56,047 bases of DNA from Acidimicrobiia bacterium (GTDB taxonomy: Bacteria > Acidobacteriota > Vicinamibacteria > Vicinamibacterales > UBA2999): assembly GCA_016871375.1 (NCBI GenBank), contig VFYY01000004.1, forward strand, positions 1-56,047, in the 5' to 3' direction. How positions within the stretch are numbered: position 1 is the first letter of the stretch; the number at the start of each line of letters is the position of its first letter. Position numbers and translations under genes: made by a program. Shown here in pieces: positions 8,333-18,010 of this stretch. Below the pieces are notes generated by a model. It ran no database searches and was not told where the DNA came from. It saw nothing but the letters and a program-made list of their open reading frames with translations.

Positions 8333-9078
8333 GCGCCCAGAAGATCCTGATTGTGGAAGACGACGACGCGACGCAGAAGGGGCTGACCATGCTCCTGCGC
8401 GGCGACGGCTTCCACGTGAGCTCCGCGCCGGATGCGATCGCGGCGATGGTCAGCGTGCGGCGCATCAACCCCGACCTGGTGATCCTCGACCTCGGGCTGC
8501 CCGCCGGCGACGGCTTCAGCCTGCTCGAATCCATCAAGGCGCACCGGCCGTACGACCCGATCCCCACGATCGTCCTCACGGGCCGGGATCGGAAGTCCAA
8601 CGAGCAGCGCGCGACGACGGCGGGCGCCGTGGCGTTCTTCCAGAAACCGGCGGACCACGAGGAGCTGCTCTGGACCATTCGCCGGCACATCGGGCAGAAG
8701 CGGGCGACGCTGAAGAAGGTGCTGATCATCGAGGACGACCCCGACACGCAGAAGGGGCTGGCGACGCTGCTGAAAGCCGAAGGGTTCGTCGCCAACTTCG
8801 CCTCCGACGGCGCCACCGCGCTGTCGGTGGCCTCGCGCGAGGAGCCCGACGTCATCCTGCTCGACCTCGGGCTGCCGGCGGGCGACGGGTTCATCGTGCT
8901 CGACCGGCTCAAGCGCCACCCGACGCTCAACAGCGTGCCGGTGATCGTGGTCAGCGCGCGCGACGCGGAGGCGAACCGCCCGAAGGCGCTGCAGGCGGGG
9001 GCGGACGCCTATTTCCAGAAGCCGGCGGACTTCGAGGCGCTGCTGAAGGCGGTCCGCTCGGCCCTCGGAGAGGACTAG
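8329..9078 (+). CDS. Response regulator made of two tandem receiver domains, no output domain
   Basis: Two copies of (I/V)LI.EDD...QKGL...ILDLGLPAGDGF...FQKPAD. Confidence 0.9.
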   Translation: MSAQKILIVEDDDATQKGLTMLLRGDGFHVSSAPDAIAAMVSVRRINPDLVILDLGLPAGDGFSLLESIKAHRPYDPIPTIVLTGRDRKSNEQRATTAGAVAFFQKPADHEELLWTIRRHIGQKRATLKKVLIIEDDPDTQKGLATLLKAEGFVANFASDGATALSVASREEPDVILLDLGLPAGDGFIVLDRLKRHPTLNSVPVIVVSARDAEANRPKALQAGADAYFQKPADFEALLKAVRSALGED

Positions 9079-9098
9079 GATATGGGCGTGGAGCTGCC

Positions 9099-9692
9099 AT
9101 GATGCGAACGTCCGCGGCGCTCGTCCTGCTCATGACCGTGTGGCTTCCGGCCTCAGCCGGACGGCTCGCCGCGCAGGAGTGGATCGAATACACGGATCGC
9201 GCCGAGCGGTTCATGGTCAACTTCCCCGGCCAGCCGGTCGTGAGAGACGCCACGTGGGAGTCGCAGCGCGACGACGCGCTGCCGGCGCGCGTGTACCTGG
9301 CGCAGACCGGCCCGCAGCGCTATACGCTGACCGTGGTCAACCTCGCCAAGGTGGCGCAGCCATCCGACGTCAAGGGATCGGTGGCGTGGGCGGCGTGGCA
9401 GTTCCGGCAGCGCGGCGGCCAGATCACCTACGACGCCTACGCGCAGTCGGACCGCATCGAGGGCCACGAGCTCCACATCACCAACCGCGACACGACCCAG
9501 ACGTGGGTGGCGATCTACATGCTGGCCAGGCGCATGTACATCCTCGAGGCGGCCGTGCCCGCCAACTCGCCGGGCGCCGTGCACTTCCTGCAGTCGCTCA
9601 TCGTGCTCGACGAGAAGGGCCTCCGCATCCGCTACGAGATCGATTCCGACGGCAATCGCACCAGGCGTACGACGAACTTCGGCGACCAGTAG
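9099..9692 (+). CDS. Secreted hypothetical protein
   Basis: N-terminal signal peptide ending LAAQ, GC-biased codon use and operon position. Confidence 0.75.
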   Translation: MMRTSAALVLLMTVWLPASAGRLAAQEWIEYTDRAERFMVNFPGQPVVRDATWESQRDDALPARVYLAQTGPQRYTLTVVNLAKVAQPSDVKGSVAWAAWQFRQRGGQITYDAYAQSDRIEGHELHITNRDTTQTWVAIYMLARRMYILEAAVPANSPGAVHFLQSLIVLDEKGLRIRYEIDSDGNRTRRTTNFGDQ

Positions 9693-9715
9693 CCGGGGAC
9701 AACCGAGGAGGACAC

Positions 9716-12700
9716 ATGCCGGTCAGGCTCGGGCTTTGCTTCGCGTTCGTGTTTGTCTGTCTCTCGACGGCGGCCCGGGCACAGGACACCACCGCCACTC
9801 TCCTGGGCACGCTCTCCGACGCCTCGGGCAGCGTCCTTCCGGGTGTCACCGTCACGGTGACCAACGTCGGCACCTCGCAGGCGCGGACCCTCGTCACCGA
9901 CGAGAACGGCCGCTACCGCGCTCCGCTCCTGCCGCCCGGGCGCTATGAAGTGACGGCGCAGCTGCAGGGCTTCCAGACCGTCGTGCGGTCCGGCATCGGC
10001 CTCACCGTCGGCCAGGAGGCGCTCGTCAACATCCAGATGGCGCTCGGCAGCGTGACCGAGTCGATCACGGTGGAGGCGGCCGCGCCGCTCGTCGAGACGA
10101 CGACGGGCTCCATCTCCAACGTCGTCACGGAGGAGCAGCTCGGGTCGCTGCCGCTGAACGGCCGCGACTTCTCGCAGCTCGCGCTCCTGCAGCCGGGCGT
10201 CGTCGTGAGCCGCGCCAGCGCCAACTCGGCCAACGTCGGCCAGGGCATCAAGATCTCGGTGGCGGGCTCGCGCCCGAGCCAGAACATGTTCTCGCTGGAC
10301 GGGACGGCGTACAACGACGCGCTCAACAACACGCCGGCGAGCGCCAACGGCGTCATGACCGGCGTCGAGACGATCAAGGAGTTCCGCGTCGTCACCAACG
10401 CGATGAGCGCGGAGTACGGGCGCGGCGGCGGCGGCATCTTCAACGTCGTCACCAAGTCGGGCACGAACGCGTTCACCGGATCCGTCTTCGAGTTCTTCCG
10501 CGACGATGCGCTCGACGCGAAGAACTACTTCGAGGACGACAAGCCCGACTTCCGGCGGAACCAGTTCGGCGGCTCGCTCGGCGGGCCGCTCGTCCGCGAC
10601 CGCACGTTCTTCTTCACCAGCTACGAGGGGCTGCGCGAGCACAAGGGGATCACGCAGGTGGCCACGGTGCTCGACGACAACGCGCGCCGCGGCATCCTGC
10701 CGGGCCTGGCGCCCATTGCCGTCCCCGCCACGATCCAGCCGTACATCTCGCTGTACCCGGTCGCCAACGGCGAGCTGATTCGCGACGCCCGCGGCAATCC
10801 CACGGGCCTGGCCCGATACTCCAGCGTGCTGAACCGGCAGTCGACCCAGGACTTCGGGATGATCCGGGTCGATCATTCGTTCAGCTCGAGCAGCTCGCTG
10901 TTCGGCCGCTACCTGATCGACGACTCGCAGCGCGACGAGCCGGTCAACTACGCGGAGTGGCCCAGCGTGTCGCTCAACACCAAGCACGTATTGACGGTCG
11001 AGCAGCGGCAGATCCTGTCAGGCTCGGTGGTCAACGAAGCCCGCGCCGGGTTCAACCGCTCGATCCCGCGCGAGGACGTCAACCCCGTGGACCCGCGGAC
11101 CGATCTGGCGTTCGTGCCGGGCAAGATGTTCGGCGAGCTCGCCGTCACGGGGCTGACCGAGATCGGGACCGACCGCAACAACCCGAAGCGGTTCGCGCAG
11201 GACCTCTATCAGTTCACCAACCAGCTCTACGTCGTCACCGGCCGGCATGCGCTGAAGACCGGCGTGGACTGGCAGCACTTCCGCTACGACGGCAACTCCG
11301 AGAGCCGGACGCGCGGGCGCCTGCGCTTCCGCAACGTGCAGCAGTTCCTGCAGGGCGTGACGCAGCAGTTCGAGATCGCGAAGCCGGGCTCGGACTTCGA
11401 GCGCCACTACCGCCAGAACCTGGTCGGCGCCTGGCTGCAGGACGACATCAAGGTGAACGAGCAGCTGACGCTGAACGCGGGCGTGCGCTACGAGTTCGTC
11501 ACCACGCCGACCGAGCGTGACGGCAAGGTCTCGAACCTGCGCGCCCTCGGCGACCGGGCGGTCACCGTCGGCGATCCCCTGTTCCTCAACCCGACGAAGA
11601 CGCAGTTCGCGCCGCGCGTGGCGTTTGCGTGGAACGTCGGCGGGCGGGGACGCACCGCGATCCGCGGCGGCTACGGCATCTTCTACGAGGAGCCGCTCTT
11701 CCATCAGTACCGCGCGCCGATCTTCCGCGGGCTGCCCTACGTGGACCGCGCGGCGGTGAGCGCGCCGGCGCTGCCGATCAACCTGGCGAGCGTCACCGCC
11801 GGCGGCGTCCCCGAGAACGAGCTCATGGTCTACGACCTCGAGAAGAGCTACATGACGCAGTACAACGTCAACGTGCAGCGCGAGCTGCCGTGGGACAGCG
11901 CCGTCACCGTCGCCTACATGGGATCGCGCGGCAGCAACCTGCTCGGCTCCGGCGACGTCAATATCGCGGTGCCGCAGATCGTCAACGGCCGCCAGTTCTT
12001 CCCGGCCGGCTCACCCCGGCGCAACCCGGCATTCGGCACGATGCGCGCGATCCTGCAGGGGTTCCGTTCCGAGTACAACGGGCTCAGCGTCGGCTGGGTG
12101 AAGCGGCAGACCCAGGGGCTCCAGTTCCAGACGTCGTACACCTACGGCCACGGGAGGGACAACCGGTCGGGCACCGGCGGGCGTCTCGAGTCGAGGAACG
12201 GCCAGGCGCGGACGTTCGACCCGTACAACTTCGATCTCGACTGGGGCCGGTCGGACTACGACGTCCGGCACAATCTCGTCGTCAATGCGTCGTACGATCT
12301 GCCGTTCACCGGATCGCGCCTCGCGGACGGGTGGCAGGTCAGCGCGGTGGCGACAATGGCGAGCGGCGTTCCGTTCTCGCCGATCATTCCGGGCGACTCG
12401 GACCGCGACGGCAGCACCGACAACGTGAACCGGCCCGACGTCGTGCCGGGCACGTCCACGACGCCGAGCGGCGGCCGGACGCCGGAGCGGTGGTTCAACC
12501 CCGAGGCGTTCGCGTTCCCGGGGGCGGGGTTCAGGGGGAACGCCGGGCGCAACATCCTCGAGGGGCCCGGACTCGCGGTGGTCGACTTCTCGCTCGTGAA
12601 GACGCACCGGCTCGCCGGCGGCACGAGCGTGCAGCTCCGCTTCGAGGTGTTCAACCTGCTCAACCGCGCCAACTTCGACGTTCCGTTCAACGAGCCGGAC

Positions 12701-12811
12701 GGCGAAGCGGTGTTCGACGAGGCGGGTGGACGCGTGCCGACGGCGGGACGGATCTTCTCCACCGCCACCGACGCGCGTGAGGCGCAGATCGCGCTGCGAT
12801 TCGTATTTTAA
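9716..12811 (+). CDS. TonB-dependent receptor (Oar-like, N-terminal carboxypeptidase-regulatory-like domain)
   Basis: GGAGG RBS, signal peptide, G..SDASG.VLPGVTV, LPLNGRDF, SAEYGR.GG..NVVTKSGTN and terminal Phe. Confidence 0.93.
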   Translation: MPVRLGLCFAFVFVCLSTAARAQDTTATLLGTLSDASGSVLPGVTVTVTNVGTSQARTLVTDENGRYRAPLLPPGRYEVTAQLQGFQTVVRSGIGLTVGQEALVNIQMALGSVTESITVEAAAPLVETTTGSISNVVTEEQLGSLPLNGRDFSQLALLQPGVVVSRASANSANVGQGIKISVAGSRPSQNMFSLDGTAYNDALNNTPASANGVMTGVETIKEFRVVTNAMSAEYGRGGGGIFNVVTKSGTNAFTGSVFEFFRDDALDAKNYFEDDKPDFRRNQFGGSLGGPLVRDRTFFFTSYEGLREHKGITQVATVLDDNARRGILPGLAPIAVPATIQPYISLYPVANGELIRDARGNPTGLARYSSVLNRQSTQDFGMIRVDHSFSSSSSLFGRYLIDDSQRDEPVNYAEWPSVSLNTKHVLTVEQRQILSGSVVNEARAGFNRSIPREDVNPVDPRTDLAFVPGKMFGELAVTGLTEIGTDRNNPKRFAQDLYQFTNQLYVVTGRHALKTGVDWQHFRYDGNSESRTRGRLRFRNVQQFLQGVTQQFEIAKPGSDFERHYRQNLVGAWLQDDIKVNEQLTLNAGVRYEFVTTPTERDGKVSNLRALGDRAVTVGDPLFLNPTKTQFAPRVAFAWNVGGRGRTAIRGGYGIFYEEPLFHQYRAPIFRGLPYVDRAAVSAPALPINLASVTAGGVPENELMVYDLEKSYMTQYNVNVQRELPWDSAVTVAYMGSRGSNLLGSGDVNIAVPQIVNGRQFFPAGSPRRNPAFGTMRAILQGFRSEYNGLSVGWVKRQTQGLQFQTSYTYGHGRDNRSGTGGRLESRNGQARTFDPYNFDLDWGRSDYDVRHNLVVNASYDLPFTGSRLADGWQVSAVATMASGVPFSPIIPGDSDRDGSTDNVNRPDVVPGTSTTPSGGRTPERWFNPEAFAFPGAGFRGNAGRNILEGPGLAVVDFSLVKTHRLAGGTSVQLRFEVFNLLNRANFDVPFNEPDGEAVFDEAGGRVPTAGRIFSTATDAREAQIALRFVF

Positions 12812-12812
12812 C

Positions 12813-12892
12813 AGGGCGTGTAAGGCGGGTAGGGCGGGCAGGGCCAGTGGGATCTTACTCGCCCCACCAGCCTCACTCGCCCCACCAGCCTT
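12813..12892. repeat. Short periodic intergenic repeat / imperfect hairpin
   Basis: 9-bp periodic GGCGGG(T/C)AG units, then two tandem ACTCGCCCCACCAGCCT copies. Confidence 0.6.
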
Positions 12893-12907
12893 CAGGAGTG
12901 ACGCAGG

Positions 12908-14659
12908 ATGGCACGCTGGCATGAAGAAGGACGGGAGTGGGACGACGACCGCGGCTTCCTGAATGAGCAGCAGCTGACGGAGTGCGCCCGCGCCTACGAG
13001 CGCGAGCCGTACGCGTCGCCCGTCCCGACGCGGATGATCTCCAACGGCGAGTACATGCCGGCGCCGCAGACCGAGCAGCAGCGGCGCGTGGAAGCGCGCG
13101 TCGAGGAACTGTCGCAGGAGGCCAGCCGCAGGCTCGGGGTTGACCGCCGGCAGTTCCTCCGCAGCACCGGCGGCATGGCGGCCGCGCTCCTGGCGATGAA
13201 CGAGGTGTTCGGCCGCTTCTTCGACGTCAGCCCGATCGAGATGTTCGAGCCGGCGGCGTACGCGCAGGCGGGCGCGCCCCGGGATCTCTTCGTCTTCGAC
13301 GACCAGCTCCACTTCGTCCGCGGCACGCGCGGCGCCGTCGGCATGGGGCTGCGCGCGCTCTCGCAGGGCCCGAGCTCCGGCGCCCCGCGCAACCCGAACA
13401 ACCCGAAGGGGCTGCCCGACGAGCACGGCAACCCGTGGGCGGCGTGGAACCCGGCGCTCGTCGGCCTCCCGAACAACCCGGACAACTTCCTGCTCGTGCA
13501 GTTCATCAAGGACGTGTACCTGGACAGCCAGGTCAACGTCGGCCTCCTCAGCAACGTGACGGCAAGCGTCGTCAGCGTGGACGGCGAGCCGCAGCGGCCG
13601 CCGCGCAGCGCCCGCGACGCCATGGCCGGCGAGATGCTGACCGCGGCGCAGACCGCGGCCGCGCGCGACTTCGTGAACGAGATCTCCGGATCGACGCGCA
13701 TGCTCGCGCACGGGCTGCTCTACGTCGGGCGCGGCAACCTCGATTTCATCCAGGAGCAGATCGAGCAGAACGAGCCCGACTCGTGGAAGGGCTACAACAT
13801 CTCGAACGCCGCGAAGATCGACAACGACCCGATGAGCCCGATGCGGCAGTGGCGCCACGACGACGAGGCCGTGGCCTACCCGACGTTCGAGCTGATCAAC
13901 AGGATGTACCCGGCGCTGCGCGCGCAGAAGCCGGGGTTCAACAACATCTGCGTGCACAAGGGGCTGTCGAACGGCACGCCGGTGCGGCCGGAGATCGGCC
14001 ACCCCGCGGACCTGCCGAAGGCGGCGCGCGACTGGCCGAACCTCAACTTCATCACCTACCACGCCTGCATCCAGCCGCCGTTCTTCCTCCACGACTCGCT
14101 GCAGGAGGTCCGCTCGGGCCGGCTGCGCGACGGCGTGCCCGACATCAGCTGGACCACCGAGTACGCGCAGCTCGTGGCGCCGCTGCGGAACACCTACGCG
14201 GAGATCGGCACGACGTGGGCCTCCTCCATCGTCACGTTCCCGACGGTGGCGGCGCACATCATGGGACAGCTGATGAAGTACCTGGGACCGGACCGGATCG
14301 TCTTCGGCTCCGACTCGGTGTGGTACGGATCGCCGCAGTGGCAGATCGACGCGCTGTGGCGGTTCCAGATCCCGGAGGCGCTGCGCAGGCAGTACGGCTA
14401 CCCGGAGCTGACACAGGACGCCAAGCGCAGGATTCTCGGCCTCAACTCGGCGCGGCTCTACGGCATGGCGACCTCCGGCAATCTGCAGGAGCGCTTCAAG
14501 CCCGTGCCGCGCGACTACGAGCGGCGGATGTCCGACGGGCTCAAGAAGGTGCTCGAGCTGCCGCCGTCGCGCGCCGACAACCTCGACACGATCCGCGAAC
14601 AGTACGCGGCCGTCGGCGAAGATCCGAGCTTCACGCGCTACGGGTGGGTTCGCATATGA
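12908..14659 (+). CDS. Amidohydrolase family protein (Amidohydro_2 type)
   Basis: DDQLHF, ICVHKG, ITYH and IVFGSDSVWYGSPQWQI motifs, KRRILGLNSARLY; internal RRQFL motif. Confidence 0.85.
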   Translation: MARWHEEGREWDDDRGFLNEQQLTECARAYEREPYASPVPTRMISNGEYMPAPQTEQQRRVEARVEELSQEASRRLGVDRRQFLRSTGGMAAALLAMNEVFGRFFDVSPIEMFEPAAYAQAGAPRDLFVFDDQLHFVRGTRGAVGMGLRALSQGPSSGAPRNPNNPKGLPDEHGNPWAAWNPALVGLPNNPDNFLLVQFIKDVYLDSQVNVGLLSNVTASVVSVDGEPQRPPRSARDAMAGEMLTAAQTAAARDFVNEISGSTRMLAHGLLYVGRGNLDFIQEQIEQNEPDSWKGYNISNAAKIDNDPMSPMRQWRHDDEAVAYPTFELINRMYPALRAQKPGFNNICVHKGLSNGTPVRPEIGHPADLPKAARDWPNLNFITYHACIQPPFFLHDSLQEVRSGRLRDGVPDISWTTEYAQLVAPLRNTYAEIGTTWASSIVTFPTVAAHIMGQLMKYLGPDRIVFGSDSVWYGSPQWQIDALWRFQIPEALRRQYGYPELTQDAKRRILGLNSARLYGMATSGNLQERFKPVPRDYERRMSDGLKKVLELPPSRADNLDTIREQYAAVGEDPSFTRYGWVRI

Positions 14660-14715
14660 TTCAGCGTTCACGCAGGGGCACGGCGCCGCCCTGCCCCTGC
14701 CACATAGGAGTTCGC

Positions 14716-15573
14716 ATGGCTTTGAAGACACTGCGGGCGCTGGCGCTCGCCGCCGTGTTCGCCGCCGCCGCCCTTCCGGCCTCGGCCCAGACCACCGAGG
14801 ACCGCACGCAGGACCGCGTCGCGTTCCCGGCGCACAAGATCGTCGGCAACCTCTATTACGTCGGCACCGGCACGCTGAACTCGTACCTGATCACCACGCC
14901 GCAGGGACACATCCTCATCAACACCAACTTCGAGGAGACGGTGCCGCTGATGGAGCAGTCGCTCCAGAAGCTCGGGTTCACGTGGGCCGACGTGAAGGTC
15001 ATCCTCGGCAGCCACGCGCACGGCGATCACCAGCAGGCCAACGGCATGGTGAAGGATCTCACCGGCGGCGCGCAGGTGATGGTGATGGAACAGGACGTCC
15101 CGGCGATGAAGGGGATGAAGTCGCCCGCCGGCAAGGTGCAGGCCATCGATCGCGTGCTCAAGGACGGCGAGGTCGTCGCCTTCGGCGGGATGAACCTGAC
15201 CGCGCACCTCACGCCCGGCCACACGCGCGGCTGCACGACGTGGACGTTCCCGGTCACCGACGCCGGCCGGACCTACAACGTGCTCATCGCCTGCGGCGGC
15301 CTGCAGGAGGACGCGCGCCTCGTCGGCAACAAGAACTATCCCGAGATCGCCGACCACTTCGCGCAGAGCATCGCGAAGTACAAGACGCTCAAGCCGGACA
15401 TCTTCCTGGCGTCGCACAGCTGGTTCTTCGACCTGGCCGGCAAGTACAAGCGGCTGCAGGCGAGCGCCAACCCGAACCCGTACCTCGACGCCGCCGGCTA
15501 CCAGGCGTGGGTGGCGAACATGGAGAAGAACTGGAACACCCTCATCGCCGAGCAGAAGAAGGCCATCCAATAG
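14716..15573 (+). CDS. Subclass B3-like metallo-beta-lactamase-fold hydrolase, secreted
   Basis: Signal peptide, GNLYYVGT, SHAHGDH, TPGHTRGCTTW and FLASH motifs. Confidence 0.88.
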   Translation: MALKTLRALALAAVFAAAALPASAQTTEDRTQDRVAFPAHKIVGNLYYVGTGTLNSYLITTPQGHILINTNFEETVPLMEQSLQKLGFTWADVKVILGSHAHGDHQQANGMVKDLTGGAQVMVMEQDVPAMKGMKSPAGKVQAIDRVLKDGEVVAFGGMNLTAHLTPGHTRGCTTWTFPVTDAGRTYNVLIACGGLQEDARLVGNKNYPEIADHFAQSIAKYKTLKPDIFLASHSWFFDLAGKYKRLQASANPNPYLDAAGYQAWVANMEKNWNTLIAEQKKAIQ

Positions 15574-16124
15574 ACCTCGAACTCCTCGACATCCCCGATC
15601 GACGCCGCTGGAGGGCGTGGCTGCAGACGCACCACGCCTCCAGCCCCGGCGTCTGGGTCATCTTCCACAAGGCACACACCGGCAAGCCGTCGCTCGCCTA
15701 CGAGGACTTCGTCCGCGAGGCGCTCTGCTTCGGCTGGATCGACAGCCTGGGCAAGCGGCTCGACGACGACCGCTTCCTGCGCAAGGTCACGCCGCGCAGG
15801 CCCACGAGCAAGTGGTCGGATCTGAACCGCACGCGCTGGAAGGCGCTCGAGGCCGAAGGACGGCTGGCGCCGCCCGGACGCGCGGCCGCGCCGACCGCCA
15901 ACCGCTACGCGCCGCGCCCGACGATTCCGCTGCTGCCCGCCTACATCGCACAGGCGTTCAAGGCCAACGCGAAGGCGTGGGCGTTCTTCGAGGAACTGCC
16001 GCCGGGGGAGCGCCGCAACTTCGTCGTCTGGATCCACGTCGCGAAGCGGCCGGAGACGCGTGAGCGCCGCATCCGCGAGGCGGTGACGTTGCTGGCCAAA
16101 GGCAGGAGACTTGGACTCCGCTAG
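15570..16124 (+). CDS. YdeI/OmpD-associated family protein (start codon non-canonical or lost)
   Basis: WRAWL..HH...PGVW, EALCFGWIDS, TPRRP.SKWS..N and AKRPETRERRI motifs. Confidence 0.85.
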   Translation: MDLELLDIPDRRRWRAWLQTHHASSPGVWVIFHKAHTGKPSLAYEDFVREALCFGWIDSLGKRLDDDRFLRKVTPRRPTSKWSDLNRTRWKALEAEGRLAPPGRAAAPTANRYAPRPTIPLLPAYIAQAFKANAKAWAFFEELPPGERRNFVVWIHVAKRPETRERRIREAVTLLAKGRRLGLR

Positions 16125-16192
16125 AGCGGTTTCTGAAACGTCGTAGTGTCCGGCTAAAGCCGGACACTACGAAGAAGTCGAAACCGCGCTAG
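16121..16192 (+). repeat. CTAG-bounded miniature element, collapsed 72-bp copy with a single REP palindrome
   Basis: CTAGAGCGGTTTC...GAAACCGCGCTAG with perfect 15-bp arms TCGTAGTGTCCGGCT-AA-AGCCGGACACTACGA. Confidence 0.92.
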
Positions 16193-16284
16193 CGCGCTGA
16201 TCGACGTCGTACACGTGCCTGATACACCCGTCGATGGCGGAGACGATCAACAGGATGCTGCCGCCGGAGCCGGAGGCGTGCGGA

Positions 16285-16290
16285 TAGAAT
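16285..16290 (+). promoter_or_regulatory. Putative -10 box of a leaderless transcript
   Basis: TAGAAT 6 nt before the ATG at 16297, with no RBS between them. Confidence 0.5.
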
Positions 16291-16296
16291 GGCGGC

Positions 16297-16398
16297 ATGT
16301 GCCGCAACATCCGCACGCTCTTCAATTTCGATCCGCCGGCCACCGACGACGTGGCCGCCAGGGCGCGCGCCCGCGCCGCCCAGCGATTCGCCAGCTGA
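16297..16398 (+). pseudogene. DUF2277-family small protein with in-frame internal deletion (33 aa)
   Basis: Manual translation MCRNIRTLFNFDPPATDDVAARARARAAQRFAS joins the family's N-terminus directly to its C-terminus. Absent from the ORF track. Confidence 0.75.
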
Positions 16399-16406
16399 CC
16401 GCGCCG

Positions 16407-16934
16407 ATGCCCGACGCCGGGTTGCACGTGCGCCGCGCGACGGCCGATGACGCCGAACGGATCGCGGCGGTGCTGCAGGCGGTCACGGCCGAGCGCGTCC
16501 ACTCCGCCATCGATCGGCCGTGGAGCGTCGCCGAGCAGCGGCGCTACCTGGCGTCGCTCTCGCCGCGCGACGCGTTCCATCTCGCCGCAACGGACACGGG
16601 CGAGGTGGTCGGCTATCAGAGCCTCGACCGCTACTCCACGGTGCTCGACTCCATGGCGCACGTCGGGCAGCTCGGGACGTTCGTACTGCCGGCCTGGCGC
16701 GGCCGCGGCGTCGGCCGCGCCCTGTTCGGAGAGACGACGCGCTTCGCGGCCGCGGCCGGCTACCGGAAATTCGTGATCGCCGTGCGCGCCTCCAACGCCT
16801 CCGCTCAGGCGTTCTACCGCCGCCTCGGGTTTGCCGACTGCGGCCGCCTGCAGGCGCAGGTCGTCATCGACGGCCGCGACGACGACGAAATCCTCATGGA
16901 GTTCTTCCTCACGATCTCCGGACCGGGTTGGTAA
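16407..16934 (+). CDS. GNAT family N-acetyltransferase
   Basis: VRRATADDA, VLPAWRGRGVGRAL and N..AQAFYRRLGF motifs. Confidence 0.9.
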   Translation: MPDAGLHVRRATADDAERIAAVLQAVTAERVHSAIDRPWSVAEQRRYLASLSPRDAFHLAATDTGEVVGYQSLDRYSTVLDSMAHVGQLGTFVLPAWRGRGVGRALFGETTRFAAAAGYRKFVIAVRASNASAQAFYRRLGFADCGRLQAQVVIDGRDDDEILMEFFLTISGPGW

Positions 16935-17967
16935 GCGACCCGATCTTCTCGATCGCGCACACGCCCGTGTCGCCGCCTTTCAGGTACACGGGCGGCGTCC
17001 GCCCCTCCCCCACGCCGCCGGGCGTGCCGGTGCCGAGCAGATCGCCAGGCCGCAGCGTCGAGATGTTCGACGCGTAGGTCACGAGGTCGCGCACGGTGTG
17101 CGTCATGAGCGCGGTGCTGTCGTCCTGCATCACGCTGCCGTTCAGCGTGTAGCGGACGCGCAGGTTCTGCGGATCGCCGACGAAGGCGGCGGGGACGATG
17201 AAGGGGCCGCTCGGGCCGAACGTGTCGTAGCTCTTGCTGATCAGCCAGTCGGATCCGTAGCGGCCGTCGGCGCGGTCCTCGCGGTCCGACACGTCGGTCA
17301 TCGCCATGTAGCCGAAGACGTAGTCGAGCGCGCGGTCGAGCGGCACCCGTTTTGCCTGGCGGCCGATCACCGCGACGAGCTCGCACTCGTAGTCGATCTT
17401 CTCGCGGCCCGGCGGGAGCACGATCGCGTCCCTGTCCGCAATCAGCGACGACTTCAGCTTCGGGAAGAGATACGGGTTGCCGCGCGGGTCGTTCGCCTGC
17501 CTCGTCCACAGTCCCGGAATCCCGACCCGCACCTTCTCGTCGATCACCGTCGTCGTCCCCAGGGTGCGTCCGGCCTGCGCCATCTCGTTGGCATGCTCGG
17601 CGTAGTTGCGCGCGGCCATCAGGATCGCGTCCGGATCGGGGATCGGCACCAGCGTCTTCACCTGCGCGAGCTGGAACGCGAACGAGGGCGCCTGGCGCTG
17701 CGCGTCGCCGGCGAGGCGGCCGAGTCGATCGGCCATCGCGCCGTCCCAGCCGGCGATGAGCTCGTGCAGCGTCGCCGGCGCGTTCACGTTGGCGCGCGAC
17801 AGATCGACGACCAGCGAGTCGCCGACCACCAGGCCGGCGAACGCGCGGCCGCCCTCCTGGAACATGCCGAGCTTGTACGGCGCGGGCGGGTTCTGCGCCG
17901 CGCCGCTCGAGCAGCCGGGCGCCGCCAGCGCCAGAGCCGCGACCATCCCGCCCAGGACCTTTTTCAT
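16909..17967 (-). CDS. Fumarylacetoacetate hydrolase family protein with N-terminal signal/lipoprotein peptide
   Basis: NY.EH, IDYECEL, DVSDR, SKSYDTFGP.GP and LRPGDLLGTGTPGGVG motifs. MKKVLGGMVAALALAAPGC leader. Confidence 0.9.
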   Translation of the reverse strand: MKKVLGGMVAALALAAPGCSSGAAQNPPAPYKLGMFQEGGRAFAGLVVGDSLVVDLSRANVNAPATLHELIAGWDGAMADRLGRLAGDAQRQAPSFAFQLAQVKTLVPIPDPDAILMAARNYAEHANEMAQAGRTLGTTTVIDEKVRVGIPGLWTRQANDPRGNPYLFPKLKSSLIADRDAIVLPPGREKIDYECELVAVIGRQAKRVPLDRALDYVFGYMAMTDVSDREDRADGRYGSDWLISKSYDTFGPSGPFIVPAAFVGDPQNLRVRYTLNGSVMQDDSTALMTHTVRDLVTYASNISTLRPGDLLGTGTPGGVGEGRTPPVYLKGGDTGVCAIEKIGSLTNPVRRS

Positions 17968-18010
17968 GTATACCCTCGTAGAAGATCGTGATGATACCCG
18001 GAGCCATCTC

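Noticed and set aside
14716-15573. Acquired antibiotic-resistance gene
   Set aside because: Host-like codon usage, no adjacent mobile element, and the fold alone does not establish activity. The erythromycin-esterase-like sequence at 45066-45368 is only a fragment.
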